64,000 nt of DNA from Minisyncoccia bacterium (GCA_041485465.1 JBGPJO010000001.1:29017-93016); one strand, 5' to 3'; numbered from the stretch's first letter, positions 40,147 to 49,544 are shown. Numbers and translations are program-made. The notes: generated by a model not told the origin, from the letters alone.

Positions 40147-40862
40147 GAAAGATTCCTCAGTCCTTCAATTGCTGCTTTCATATTACCATTTTCAAAAATA
40201 TACGAACCGGAAACGAGACGATTTGCTCCCGCCCTGACAAGCTGTACCGCCCTCTCTTCATTCACCCCGCCGTCAACGCTTATCATAAGCTTCGGATAGT
40301 TGCGCCTCAATTCTCGTATCCTTCCGAGGGAGCGCTCGTCGAACGGCTCCCCCTGAAAACCGATCTTAGCAATACCCATCACCTGGACGAAATCAACAAG
40401 CGGGATGTGCTTCTCCCAGATTTCAAGAGGAGTGTCATTGTTTGCGGCAAGACCGATTTCCGGAGCGAGAGGGTCTTTATTCGGACGTCCATATTCCGCC
40501 CTTATTTCTTCTATAAGTTTCGGAAGCTCATTCGTGCTCTCGACGTGAAGAATTATTCTCTTTACTCCAATCTTAATCCAATCGAAGAGATCGGCATCCG
40601 AGGAGGAGGTCATGAGGTCGGCTTCGTAATCAATTTTTTCCCATTCGGGAAGTCCTTTATTTTCCGAAAGTAAGGCGGCAAAATCGGGATCATTATATGA
40701 AAAAAACGGCCAGGTCTTCTGTGGAACAAACTTGCCGTCCATAAGATCTATTTGAACGGAAGAAACGTAGGACGAAACGCCCGCCACTTTTTCTTCAAGA
40801 TCGCGGAAGTTTCGAGGCATAATCGCGGGAATTATCTCTATCATTGATAAAGTATACCCCAC
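40143..40862 (-). CDS. rpe: Ribulose-phosphate 3-epimerase family protein
   Basis: TIM-barrel epimerase motifs (VQIDLMDGKFVP, ISVDGGVN). Confidence 0.7.
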   Translation of the reverse strand: MGYTLSMIEIIPAIMPRNFRDLEEKVAGVSSYVSSVQIDLMDGKFVPQKTWPFFSYNDPDFAALLSENKGLPEWEKIDYEADLMTSSSDADLFDWIKIGVKRIILHVESTNELPKLIEEIRAEYGRPNKDPLAPEIGLAANNDTPLEIWEKHIPLVDFVQVMGIAKIGFQGEPFDERSLGRIRELRRNYPKLMISVDGGVNEERAVQLVRAGANRLVSGSYIFENGNMKAAIEGLRNLS

Positions 40863-41171
40863 GGGGGGAAGACGTGAGACTTACTGAGGCAAAATGCCCT
40901 GACTTCCACCTACAAGCAATTGATTTGATGCCGGTTCTTCACAAGGAGCTCCCGAAGAAGCTGCCCCCGAAAAAATATAAGACAGCGAGAGTGACAATAA
41001 CAATGGCGACAGAAGTTGCTACAGGGAGTGTTACGTAGCCTCGATAAAAATGGTGCTTCATGTTGTTCCCTAAAAGCATACCACCCCATCCCTAAGACTC
41101 AAATAGAAATGTGGATAAAACCTTTACAATTTTAAGGAAAAATCACGTATAATTCAAAGGTAAAGAGACTC

Positions 41172-43271
41172 ATGGCAATATTTCGAAAGAACTTTTTTCC
41201 TTTTGCCGCCCTTCTTCTTATAATTGGGTTTTTGGTGTATCTTGGAGCGTATTCCGATTTAAATCCTCATAAGTATGTCGAGGCTGGATTTTCGAATAAC
41301 CTCTCCGGCTATGCTTGGAGCGACAATATTGGCTGGATTAGTTTTAATTGCACTGATACAAACTCTTGTGGGACAGCGGATTATGGAGTAAATGTAGACC
41401 AGGCCACCGGTCTTCTTTCCGGTTACGCCTGGAGCGATAACGTCGGCTGGGTTACTTTCAATCAAAGTGATCTTGCGGGCTGTCCCGCCTCTCCCTGCAA
41501 AGCCCAACTTTCAAATGGAAATCTCTCTGGCTGGGCAAAAGTGATTGCCGCGGATGCAACGTCATCAATTCCTGTCCAAGCAACGACAACGGTTTTTTCT
41601 GTAGCCGGAACACAAACGTATGTCGTGCCCGTAGGTGTTTCTACTATCACGGTTAAATCGTGGGGTGCGGGAGGCGGTGGAGGAAAAAATTCCGGAGGCA
41701 GTAACGGGGGAAACGGTGGTGGAGGCGGATATACACAGGCTGACATTTCTGTCTCAGCCGGAGAATCTCTTACTGTTATTGTCGGAGGGGGTGGAGGAAT
41801 ACCGGGAAGTACGGCGGGTGGCGGGGGTGGTGGTTCGTCGGCGGTAAAGCGTGTTTCTAATTTTCTTATTCAAACGGGTGGCGGGGGTGGAGGAGGAGGG
41901 ACTTGCGGCTGTGAAAATGGAGGTGCGGGTGGAGCGGGCGGGGGAACAACCGGAGCGGGAGGAGTGAGTGCTTCAGGAAATGCCGGAGCGGGAGGAACAC
42001 AGTTTGCGGGAGGTGTGGGAGGTACTGGTCATTCCGGCCAAACAGACGGGGCGGCTGGGTTACTGAACGCAGGTGGGGGCGGTGGTAATGGATCAGGAAG
42101 CGGCACAGGAGGTGGAGGCGTGGCAGGAACACTAAACGGAGGGGCCGGAGGGAATGGAAGTTTTGATGCTGGCGGAGGTGGTGGAGGGGGAGGTTATTAC
42201 GGTGGAGGCGGAGGGGAAGACGGATTCTTGGGCGCAGGTGGAGGCGGAGGCGGATCAGGATTTGTCACAGGAGTGAACACTTCCCTTATCGTAGGTAGTG
42301 GAAAGACCCCAGCAAACAATGCCGATCCTGATTATGGCGGAACCGCCGGAGTAGGCGGCAACGGAGGTGGACCCGTGACAGCGGGAAACACGGGAAGAGT
42401 AGTAATAATCGTGAATGCTTCATCTCCGGGAAGCGGAGGCGCAGCCGGCGGATGGAATGGCTGGATAAGTTTGAAAGGTTCAAATGAAAGTTCAAGTTAT
42501 GGAGTTAGTCTTGCCGGCAACGCACTTCAGGGTTATGCCTGGGATGCATCCGATGTTACAGGGCAAGCCATCGGTATCGGCTGGATTAATTTCAACCCTA
42601 TTTCGTCCGGTGGCGGAGGCCTCCCACCCGCGGGAACCCCTGTTGGCGGTGTCTTCCTCTCTTCTTCAACTTCACCCTCTGTCACTTTAAGCGCCCAAGA
42701 CTCATTCGTTCCCCAAGGAGGATCAACGTTACTTTCTTGGACATCTCAAAACGTTACCTCCTGCTTGGCAAGTTTGGGAACAAGCGGATGGCCCGGAAGC
42801 AAAGCACTTTCAGGTTCTCAAGGCGTCGGCCCCATAAACGTCCAGACCCAGTACCAACTTGATTGTTCGGGGGTTTTCGGCTCAACAACAGCAAGCGTTA
42901 CTGTTGGTATAATTCCACCGGATTTTTCTCTTAATAAATCGAATGATCTTACGATTTCATTTACCGGTGGTAATCTGACTTCAAACCAGACAACAATCAC
43001 TGTCATTCCTCAAAATAGTTTTGCGGGAACAGTCGCCCTCTCGGCAGGCCCTGCAACCATAGGTGGAGTCCCGGTAAGCTATAATTTCTCAAATGGCTCC
43101 CTTACTTCTTCTCAATATGGAACCGGCGCAACCTTTCAAATCATCGCGAGCCAGGCGATTCCGAAAGGAACGTATGTCGTCACTGTCACCGGCACGAGTG
43201 GCGCTATATCCCACCAAATCAATATCAACTTAAATTCTTCAGGCGCAAATCCCATATTCCAGGAATTTTAA
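41172..43271 (+). CDS. Secreted glycine-rich protein with three GYAWSDNIGWISFN repeats
   Basis: N-terminal TM/signal, three copies of sGYAWSdNiGWisFN, then ~300 aa that are more than 50% Gly, and a C-terminal non-Gly domain. Confidence 0.6.
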   Translation: MAIFRKNFFPFAALLLIIGFLVYLGAYSDLNPHKYVEAGFSNNLSGYAWSDNIGWISFNCTDTNSCGTADYGVNVDQATGLLSGYAWSDNVGWVTFNQSDLAGCPASPCKAQLSNGNLSGWAKVIAADATSSIPVQATTTVFSVAGTQTYVVPVGVSTITVKSWGAGGGGGKNSGGSNGGNGGGGGYTQADISVSAGESLTVIVGGGGGIPGSTAGGGGGGSSAVKRVSNFLIQTGGGGGGGGTCGCENGGAGGAGGGTTGAGGVSASGNAGAGGTQFAGGVGGTGHSGQTDGAAGLLNAGGGGGNGSGSGTGGGGVAGTLNGGAGGNGSFDAGGGGGGGGYYGGGGGEDGFLGAGGGGGGSGFVTGVNTSLIVGSGKTPANNADPDYGGTAGVGGNGGGPVTAGNTGRVVIIVNASSPGSGGAAGGWNGWISLKGSNESSSYGVSLAGNALQGYAWDASDVTGQAIGIGWINFNPISSGGGGLPPAGTPVGGVFLSSSTSPSVTLSAQDSFVPQGGSTLLSWTSQNVTSCLASLGTSGWPGSKALSGSQGVGPINVQTQYQLDCSGVFGSTTASVTVGIIPPDFSLNKSNDLTISFTGGNLTSNQTTITVIPQNSFAGTVALSAGPATIGGVPVSYNFSNGSLTSSQYGTGATFQIIASQAIPKGTYVVTVTGTSGAISHQININLNSSGANPIFQEF

Positions 43272-43279
43272 TTACTTTC

Positions 43280-44164
43280 ATGACTTCTTCATCTTTATCG
43301 AGCGCATTTAAAAAAATAAAACCGATTCTTGTCGGCCTTGTTATCGTCATCGGCATTTCTTACGCTCAAGCCGCATGGGTGGGGCCTACGGCAACACCTC
43401 CCGGAGGAAATACTGCCGCGCCGATCAATGTCGGCAGCCTCTTTCAGCAGAAAACCGGTGACTTGTGGGCTAAGAGCATGGGAACAGATAACGGTTACTG
43501 CATCGGAACAAGTTGTATTACGGCGTGGCCTTCAGGAGGAGGGCTAGGGCTTAAGAGCGTTCAAATTTTTACCTCTAATGGGACATGGACCAAGCCTGCC
43601 GGGATTACTAAAATTCAAATGATTGTTGTGGGCGGTGGAGGTGGTGGTGGCACTGTCGGCGCCGCCTCTACCGCTGAAGGCGGTGGAGGCGGGGGTGGGG
43701 GTGGCACATGCATGAAATTGATAAATGTATCAGGAATTACCAGTGTGCCCGTCACAGTTGGCGGTGGAGGCGCTGCTGCTCCTGTTCCCGGAACTCAAGG
43801 AAATGGCACGGCTGGTGGAACAAGCAGTTTCGGAACATATTGTTCCGCAACGGGCGGTGGGGGTGGTATCGGTGGGGGTGGTAATTCTCCTGGCGGTCTT
43901 GGTGGCATCGCCTCCGGCGGCGATCTGAATATTGGCGGGAATGATAGCGACTATGGTATTTATGAAGGTGTTGCTGGACACGGCTACGGTGGTCATGGTG
44001 GCGCTTCGGTCTATGGTGGCGGTGGCTATGGCGGTATAGGTAACGGCACAAGTGTTGCTCAACCGGGTCGCCCTTATGGAGGTGGAGGAGGCGGAGGCAA
44101 TGGTTCCGCCGGTGGGGCAAGAGGTGCAGCTGGCGTTGTCTTTGTCTGGGAGTATGGTAACTAG
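43280..44164 (+). CDS. Secreted glycine-rich protein, paralog 1 (conserved N-terminal module)
   Basis: Signal peptide ending ...SYAQA. Conserved module AWVGPTATPPGGNTAAPINVGSLFQQKTGDLWAKSMGTDNGYCIGTSCITAWP, then TWTKPAGITKIQMIVVGGGGGGG and a Gly-rich body. Confidence 0.6.
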   Translation: MTSSSLSSAFKKIKPILVGLVIVIGISYAQAAWVGPTATPPGGNTAAPINVGSLFQQKTGDLWAKSMGTDNGYCIGTSCITAWPSGGGLGLKSVQIFTSNGTWTKPAGITKIQMIVVGGGGGGGTVGAASTAEGGGGGGGGGTCMKLINVSGITSVPVTVGGGGAAAPVPGTQGNGTAGGTSSFGTYCSATGGGGGIGGGGNSPGGLGGIASGGDLNIGGNDSDYGIYEGVAGHGYGGHGGASVYGGGGYGGIGNGTSVAQPGRPYGGGGGGGNGSAGGARGAAGVVFVWEYGN

Positions 44165-44214
44165 CTAACTTAAATAAAATTCGTTAGCTTAAAAAATTAT
44201 TTAACTTAATTATT

Positions 44215-44877
44215 ATGATGCAAAAACCTCTCAACACTATAAAAGTCCTCTTTCTCGGGCTTCTCCTCGCCCTTGGCATCTCATATGTTCAAGCCACATG
44301 GGTTGGTCCTACAGCAACGCCGCCGGGAAACAACACAACCGCACCAGTGAATATCGGCAGTCTCTTCCAGCAAAAGACGGGAGATTTCTGGGCAAAGAGT
44401 GTGGGCTCTGATAATGGATTTTGTATCGGTATTTCATGCATCACCGGCTGGCCGCAGAGCTGTCCTGCCGGGCAAGCAATTAGTGCGATTAGTACAACGG
44501 GAGCGGTCACCTGTGTGAGTGCGGGTGGAGGAGGTGGAGGAGGCCTTGCGACGAGCAGTCTTCCTATGGCAAAGGCGTGGGGGTATGTGAAAATAACCTC
44601 AGGGGTCCCGACACTCCAAAGTCCGTCATTTAATGTGGCAAGCATAGCGGATACTGCCGTCGGGAAGCTTACGGTAAATCTAATAACTCCCTTTTCTTCA
44701 GCAAATTATGTGGTAGTTGCTAATGCCTGGAGGGTAAACGGCGTATATATGAACCCCACGATCTTGAGTGCATCCTCATTTACGATTTATAGTTTTATAA
44801 CCGGGAGCAATAATGCAAGCGTAGGCAATACACTTGTTGATCCTGATTTTTATTTTTTCGTAGTTTTTGGGCAATAA
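44215..44877 (+). CDS. Secreted protein, paralog 2 of the same N-terminal module
   Basis: Same signal peptide and WVGPTATPPGNNTTAPVNIGSLFQQKTGDFWAKS...CIGISCITGWPQSCPAGQAI module. Different C-terminus. Confidence 0.6.
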   Translation: MMQKPLNTIKVLFLGLLLALGISYVQATWVGPTATPPGNNTTAPVNIGSLFQQKTGDFWAKSVGSDNGFCIGISCITGWPQSCPAGQAISAISTTGAVTCVSAGGGGGGGLATSSLPMAKAWGYVKITSGVPTLQSPSFNVASIADTAVGKLTVNLITPFSSANYVVVANAWRVNGVYMNPTILSASSFTIYSFITGSNNASVGNTLVDPDFYFFVVFGQ

Positions 44878-44883
44878 TCAAAG

Positions 44884-45666
44884 ATGAAGAATTATCTCAA
44901 TACACTAAAAATTCTCACTCTTGGACTTCTCCTCGCCCTTGGCATCTCATATGTTCAAGCCGCATGGGTTGGTCCTACAGCAACGCCGCCGGGAAACAAC
45001 ACAACCGCACCAGTGAATATCGGCAGTCTCTTCCAGCAGAAGAGTGGTGACTTGTGGGCACGGTCAATGGGAACCGACAACGGATTTTGTATTGGAAAAA
45101 GTTGTGTGACCGGCTGGCCCCAGAGCTGTCCTTCCGGGCAAGCGATTAACGAAATTAGCACCAATGGAGCGGTTACATGTGTTGCAGCAAGCGGAGGGAC
45201 GGGGGGATCGCTTGCCGGAAAATCCTGCCCTTCAGGTCAATACGTGAGTGGAGTGGACGCAGTCGGTAATCTTATCTGCGGAACTCCATTGGGCGGAGGA
45301 AGTACTAACGTTACATTGGTTAATGGCGCGCACACAGGAGTGGATTGTGTGGCAATCGGCGGCAGTGTCTCAACTATCGGCACTAATACATCTGTCTGTC
45401 GCGCTAGTGGGGCGTTATGTCCTTCAGGTTGGACAAAGTACCAAAACTGGTCCACCGGATCTTCGAACACGTGTAACGGGAATATTTGCACGACGAGCCC
45501 GGGCCCGCAGGGCACCTCTTGCACGGTATCTGGTTGGGCATGGGCAAACCAGACACCTTTAAGTTGTACCTATCATAGATATGCTGATAGCGGCTTAGGA
45601 GGTTGTGTCATTCTCAGTCAAAATCAAACATGCGTCGGACCTACCATAGAAGTCGGCTGTTACTAA
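44884..45666 (+). CDS. Secreted Cys-rich protein, paralog 3 of the same N-terminal module
   Basis: The DNA of its 5' ~290 nt is nearly identical to 44215-44500. The C-terminus is Cys/Thr/Ser/Gly-rich. Confidence 0.6.
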   Translation: MKNYLNTLKILTLGLLLALGISYVQAAWVGPTATPPGNNTTAPVNIGSLFQQKSGDLWARSMGTDNGFCIGKSCVTGWPQSCPSGQAINEISTNGAVTCVAASGGTGGSLAGKSCPSGQYVSGVDAVGNLICGTPLGGGSTNVTLVNGAHTGVDCVAIGGSVSTIGTNTSVCRASGALCPSGWTKYQNWSTGSSNTCNGNICTTSPGPQGTSCTVSGWAWANQTPLSCTYHRYADSGLGGCVILSQNQTCVGPTIEVGCY

Positions 45667-45687
45667 AATTGTTCTTGGAAATTCAAA

Positions 45688-45716
45688 AAACGCGCCCGAG
45701 GGGGCGCGTTTTTGTT
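45688..45716 (+). terminator. Rho-independent terminator closing the glycine-rich cluster
   Basis: AAAAAACGCGCCCGAGGGGGCGCGTTTTTGTT: a GC-rich hairpin with A-tract before and T-tract after (bidirectional). Confidence 0.75.
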
Positions 45717-45734
45717 ATAATCCCCTTCAATACT

Positions 45735-46439
45735 ATGAATCCTATTCCCTATCCCCTAAGGATAAATCGCTACTTAGCGCTCAAGGGCGTCGTCACCCGT
45801 CGCGATGCTGATATTCTTATCGCCCAAGGAAAAATAAAAATTAACGGTCATACTGCAAAGCTCGGCGATATAATTAAAGAGAATGACAGAGTCACGGTTG
45901 AACAAAAACCGAATAAAAAGTATTCCTACGTCGCTTATTACAAGCCCCGGAACGTAATCACCCATTCCCCACAACCAGGCGAGAGAGATATTCAGGGAAT
46001 GCTCAAGACGAAATCGCTTTTCCCTATTGGTAGGCTCGACAAAGATTCCGAAGGTCTCGTCATCTTGACTAACGACGGCAGAGTAACTGACAGGCTTCTC
46101 AACCCGAAATATGAACACGAGAAGGAATACGAGGTAGAAACAGACAGGCCACTTAAACCTAATTTTAAAGAACGCATGGAGGGCGGTGTCGTAATTGAAG
46201 GATACAAAACCAAACCGGCAATTGTGGGAACTCTTGGTCCAAAGAGGTTCAGAATCGTTCTTACCGAAGGTAAAAAACACCAGATCAGGAGAATGTCTGC
46301 GGCACTTGGCTATCAGGTGAAAAATCTAAAGAGACTGCGGATTATGAATATCAAGCTTCAAGAATTAAAACAAAACGAGTCACGGATTATTCAAAAAGAA
46401 GAACTTGAAGAGTTTCTTAGAAACCTCGGACTTTCTTAA
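45735..46439 (+). CDS. rRNA pseudouridine synthase (RsuA/RluB family, S4 domain)
   Basis: S4 domain (RINRYLALKGVVTRRDAD) and catalytic GRLDKDSEGLVILTNDG. Start set at ATG 45735. Confidence 0.8.
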   Translation: MNPIPYPLRINRYLALKGVVTRRDADILIAQGKIKINGHTAKLGDIIKENDRVTVEQKPNKKYSYVAYYKPRNVITHSPQPGERDIQGMLKTKSLFPIGRLDKDSEGLVILTNDGRVTDRLLNPKYEHEKEYEVETDRPLKPNFKERMEGGVVIEGYKTKPAIVGTLGPKRFRIVLTEGKKHQIRRMSAALGYQVKNLKRLRIMNIKLQELKQNESRIIQKEELEEFLRNLGLS

Positions 46440-47209
46440 TTTCTGAGTCCGGCCCCCCTCCTGAAAAGATACAGTAAGAGTAAGAGAAAGATGACAATAA
46501 GGCTAAGAAGAATAAAGAAACTCATTAAAACACTGACGTCGGAAATGCCCAAAAAACCGAAACGGAAACCGTTTACCATATACAGTATCGGATTGAATTT
46601 CGAAACATTCTGCCAAAGCGGCGGCAAAAGCAAGATTGAATAGAAAACCCCGCCAAGATAGGTAAGCGGGGTCAGCACAAATGTCGGGACAATTGCGATT
46701 TGATCGAAATTCTTCGCATACAAAGCGTTTAAAAGCCCCACCATGGAAAAAAGTACTGCTGTCAGAATTCCAAAGGCAAGGATAATCGGAATGCTGTGAA
46801 TTGAAAGGTGGGCAAAAAGAAGCGAAACAAAAAGAACCGCGGTACCGACAACAAGCCCCCGGATAAGGCCCGCCGTTACGTATCCGGCGATGACGACATA
46901 GTTCGGGGTCGGTGAAACAAGAATTTCCTCGATACTTTTGGTGAATTTCGCGAAATAAAAACCGGAAACAACCTGCTGAAAAGCGTTGGTAAGAACCGCC
47001 ATCATCACGAGTCCCGGAACGATAAATTGCATATATGAAAATCCGCCAATACCCCTCACTTGAGAACCGACGAAGGTTCCAAAAATAAGGAAGTAGAGAC
47101 TTGTTGTTATGGCCGAAGGTAAAATTGTCTGCGACCAAAGCCTGAAAAGCCGCGAGGTCTCTTTGCGAATGATGGTCATATATGAAATGAAAGCGCGTTT
47201 TGGTTCCAT
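46436..47209 (-). CDS. ABC-2 type transporter permease
   Basis: Six-TM ABC-2 permease. Overlaps the ATPase gene by a few nucleotides. Confidence 0.75.
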   Translation of the reverse strand: MEPKRAFISYMTIIRKETSRLFRLWSQTILPSAITTSLYFLIFGTFVGSQVRGIGGFSYMQFIVPGLVMMAVLTNAFQQVVSGFYFAKFTKSIEEILVSPTPNYVVIAGYVTAGLIRGLVVGTAVLFVSLLFAHLSIHSIPIILAFGILTAVLFSMVGLLNALYAKNFDQIAIVPTFVLTPLTYLGGVFYSILLLPPLWQNVSKFNPILYMVNGFRFGFLGISDVSVLMSFFILLSLIVIFLLLLLYLFRRGAGLRN

Positions 47210-47210
47210 G

Positions 47211-48131
47211 TTATTTTTTTGTTATGCCAAGGAATAACTCCTCAAGACGATTTGATTTATTCCGCATGCTTTTTACCTCAATCCCTCTCTGATTTAAAGC
47301 GATAATCGCCTGGCTGAGGTTCTGCTCCTTGCTTAGGCTGACCTCAAGCGTATTTTGCTCGGTTTTGACGGGGTTAAAGCTCTTGAGCGCGACAAGATCT
47401 CCTTCCGACAGATTACGCTCAAGATCAAGAACAAATGTCTCCATATGAAGCTTTAAGAGGAGCTCTTTGAGCGTGCCCTTTTCCGCAATTACTCCATTAT
47501 TGATAATCGCTATATTACGCGCGAGTTGTTCGGCTTCTTCAAGATAGTGGGTGGTAAGGACAATTGTTCGCCCCTCACTCGTAAGACCCCTCAAAAAATC
47601 CCACATGCCGCGGCGCAGTTCAATATCAACCCCCGCCGTCGGCTCATCAAGTATCAAAATCTTCGGTTCATGCACAAGTGCCCGGGCAATCATCAGACGG
47701 CGTTTCATGCCGCCGGAGAGTGTCCGTGATTGATCTTTTCTTTTATCATATAGACCGAGCGTTCGAAGATACTTTTCAACCGAAGAGGCAACCACCGTGC
47801 GCGAAAGTCCATAATAGCCCGCTTGATCAAAAACAATATCCTCAACCTTCTCAAAAATTCCAAAATTGAATTCCTGGGGAACAACACCTATATAGGATTT
47901 TGCTTTCTCGGGGTCACGATCTATATTTTTACCGAAAACCTCGACTTTTCCGTCCGTCTTATTTGTGAGCCCCGAGACAATACTTATAAGCGTCGTCTTT
48001 CCAGCGCCATTAGGCCCAAGAAGGGCAAAAAAATCTCCCCGAGGGATTTCAAGATCAACCCCCGAAAGAGCAACGGTGCCGTTACTGTAAACCTTTTTTA
48101 GATCCGTTATGGAGATTGCTCGTTCATTCAT
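47211..48131 (-). CDS. ABC transporter ATP-binding protein
   Basis: Walker A GPNGAGKTT, signature LSGGMKRR, Walker B ILILDEPT. Start trimmed to MNERAISITDL. Confidence 0.85.
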   Translation of the reverse strand: MNERAISITDLKKVYSNGTVALSGVDLEIPRGDFFALLGPNGAGKTTLISIVSGLTNKTDGKVEVFGKNIDRDPEKAKSYIGVVPQEFNFGIFEKVEDIVFDQAGYYGLSRTVVASSVEKYLRTLGLYDKRKDQSRTLSGGMKRRLMIARALVHEPKILILDEPTAGVDIELRRGMWDFLRGLTSEGRTIVLTTHYLEEAEQLARNIAIINNGVIAEKGTLKELLLKLHMETFVLDLERNLSEGDLVALKSFNPVKTEQNTLEVSLSKEQNLSQAIIALNQRGIEVKSMRNKSNRLEELFLGITKK

Positions 48132-48657
48132 TGCTACTTTTTTCGTCTTTAAGAGAAAGCTCCCCGAGATAATCCCCTTTTTCAAGGGCAATACCATTAT
48201 GCCTAAGAATTGCATAGGCGGTTGTCACGTGGAAAAAGAAATTTGGCAACGCCACTTCGGAAATATACTCAAGGCCAATGAGGTATTTCCCGGGTGCAAA
48301 ATAAATTGGGATCTCTTTATCCTCGGTCCCTTCGATCTGTTCCGGCTTTATAGTTTTGAGGAATTCGATCGTCTTTTGAATCCGATCTCTCAGTTCCCCC
48401 GCGGTTTTTTCAATATCCTCCATCTTCGGAACTTCAACTCCCGCAAGTCTGCCCACCGTACCTTTCGCATTATCGCAAGCAACCTGCACCTGCTTTGTGA
48501 AATTAAACTGATTGGGATAGAGCCGATCATTTAAGAGATGTTCGATATCGAACTTCTTCTCCATCGCTTCTTTTTCGGCTTTTTCAAGAATATTCTTAAT
48601 ACTTGAAAGAGACCTGCTAAAGATCGGGATGGTCATGTTATACATTGATATTTTCAT
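48124..48657 (-). CDS. DUF1993 family protein
   Basis: MYNMTIPIFSRSL...RLYPNQFNFTKQVQVACD matches the DUF1993 N-terminal pattern. Confidence 0.55.
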   Translation of the reverse strand: MKISMYNMTIPIFSRSLSSIKNILEKAEKEAMEKKFDIEHLLNDRLYPNQFNFTKQVQVACDNAKGTVGRLAGVEVPKMEDIEKTAGELRDRIQKTIEFLKTIKPEQIEGTEDKEIPIYFAPGKYLIGLEYISEVALPNFFFHVTTAYAILRHNGIALEKGDYLGELSLKDEKSSNE

Positions 48658-48950
48658 ACTAAAGCACTATACGGATTTTTTGAAAAAATCCAAGAGTTCA
48701 CCAAAGACATACTGTGATGGTGGGGACTTTAAGACTAGGGATTTCTATTCGGAAGAATCGGAGGTTTTTGGTTTTGGTTCACGTCGCGGAGGTCTTGTCT
48801 TGGGACGACTTCGGGGAATCTTTTTTACCGGTTTTATACCTAAATTACGCACCTTCCCCTCAAGACGAGTTCCCTGAAAAAGATAATTTCCTTTCAGCAA
48901 TTTATCTTTCGAAATGGGGATCCTTCTCTTTTTCATATTTTTAATTTATT

Positions 48951-49544
48951 TTATAAAAACCAGAAACGTTTGAGAAAAACCCCAAAAAGGACGCTGAGAA
49001 ACACGGCACCGAAGGTGCAAAGAAACGCGAGTCCAACCATAAAAGTCAAATTACCTTCACGGATTTCAACTTCTCGAAGTGATCGTCCAACAAGCACGAA
49101 CCCTTCCTTATTTTGATTTTTATAGTGAGTCACCACCGTCGCAATTCGCACTGACGCTTCAGGCTGCCATGTTAGTTGATTCTCTCCATACTCTCGCGTG
49201 ACTTCAAAAACGCCCGACGGAGGGATGGGGTATGATCCATGAAGTTTTCCGCTTCCCTGAATAGGCCCGCCTGCTCCATCATAGAAAACAACGAACGGCG
49301 CGAGACTCTCGCTGACATCGACAGTTTTTCCTAAAGTAAATGATTCGAGACTCTCTCCTGAAGAGAGAGCAATGGCATAATTTTCGGCGAGCTCAATCTG
49401 TGGATCGTTTGCTCCCGTTCTGAAATTCTGTTGAACCGTCACATATATAGTGAGGAAGACAGCGGTAATGACTATAGCAAACGGTAAAAAATCGATGAAA
49501 AGGACAGCGGCGAATTTTAATTTCATATGCCCTTTAAACATCAC
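48951..49544 (-). CDS. Hypothetical membrane protein
   Basis: N- and C-terminal TM helices with a predicted extracytoplasmic middle domain. Confidence 0.4.
   Translation of the reverse strand: MMFKGHMKLKFAAVLFIDFLPFAIVITAVFLTIYVTVQQNFRTGANDPQIELAENYAIALSSGESLESFTLGKTVDVSESLAPFVVFYDGAGGPIQGSGKLHGSYPIPPSGVFEVTREYGENQLTWQPEASVRIATVVTHYKNQNKEGFVLVGRSLREVEIREGNLTFMVGLAFLCTFGAVFLSVLFGVFLKRFWFL

Noticed and set aside
43752-44120. His/Arg-rich 122-aa ORF on the minus strand
   Set aside because: It lies antisense to the GGN-repeat region of the glycine-rich gene, a compositional artefact. The same holds for 41462-41746, 41866-42132 and 43730-44062.
48790-48812. Possible outlying copy of the repeat (CTTGGGACGACTTCGGGG)
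   Set aside because: Only ~11 nt match the core and there is no GTTGGAAC element. It lies in a 290-bp non-coding gap and is probably chance similarity.
48745-48936. 63-aa K/R/P-rich ORF (MKKRRIPISKDKLLKGNYLFQG...) in the gap after the membrane-protein gene
   Set aside because: No recognisable family and no clear RBS. It could be a real small basic protein, but the evidence is insufficient.
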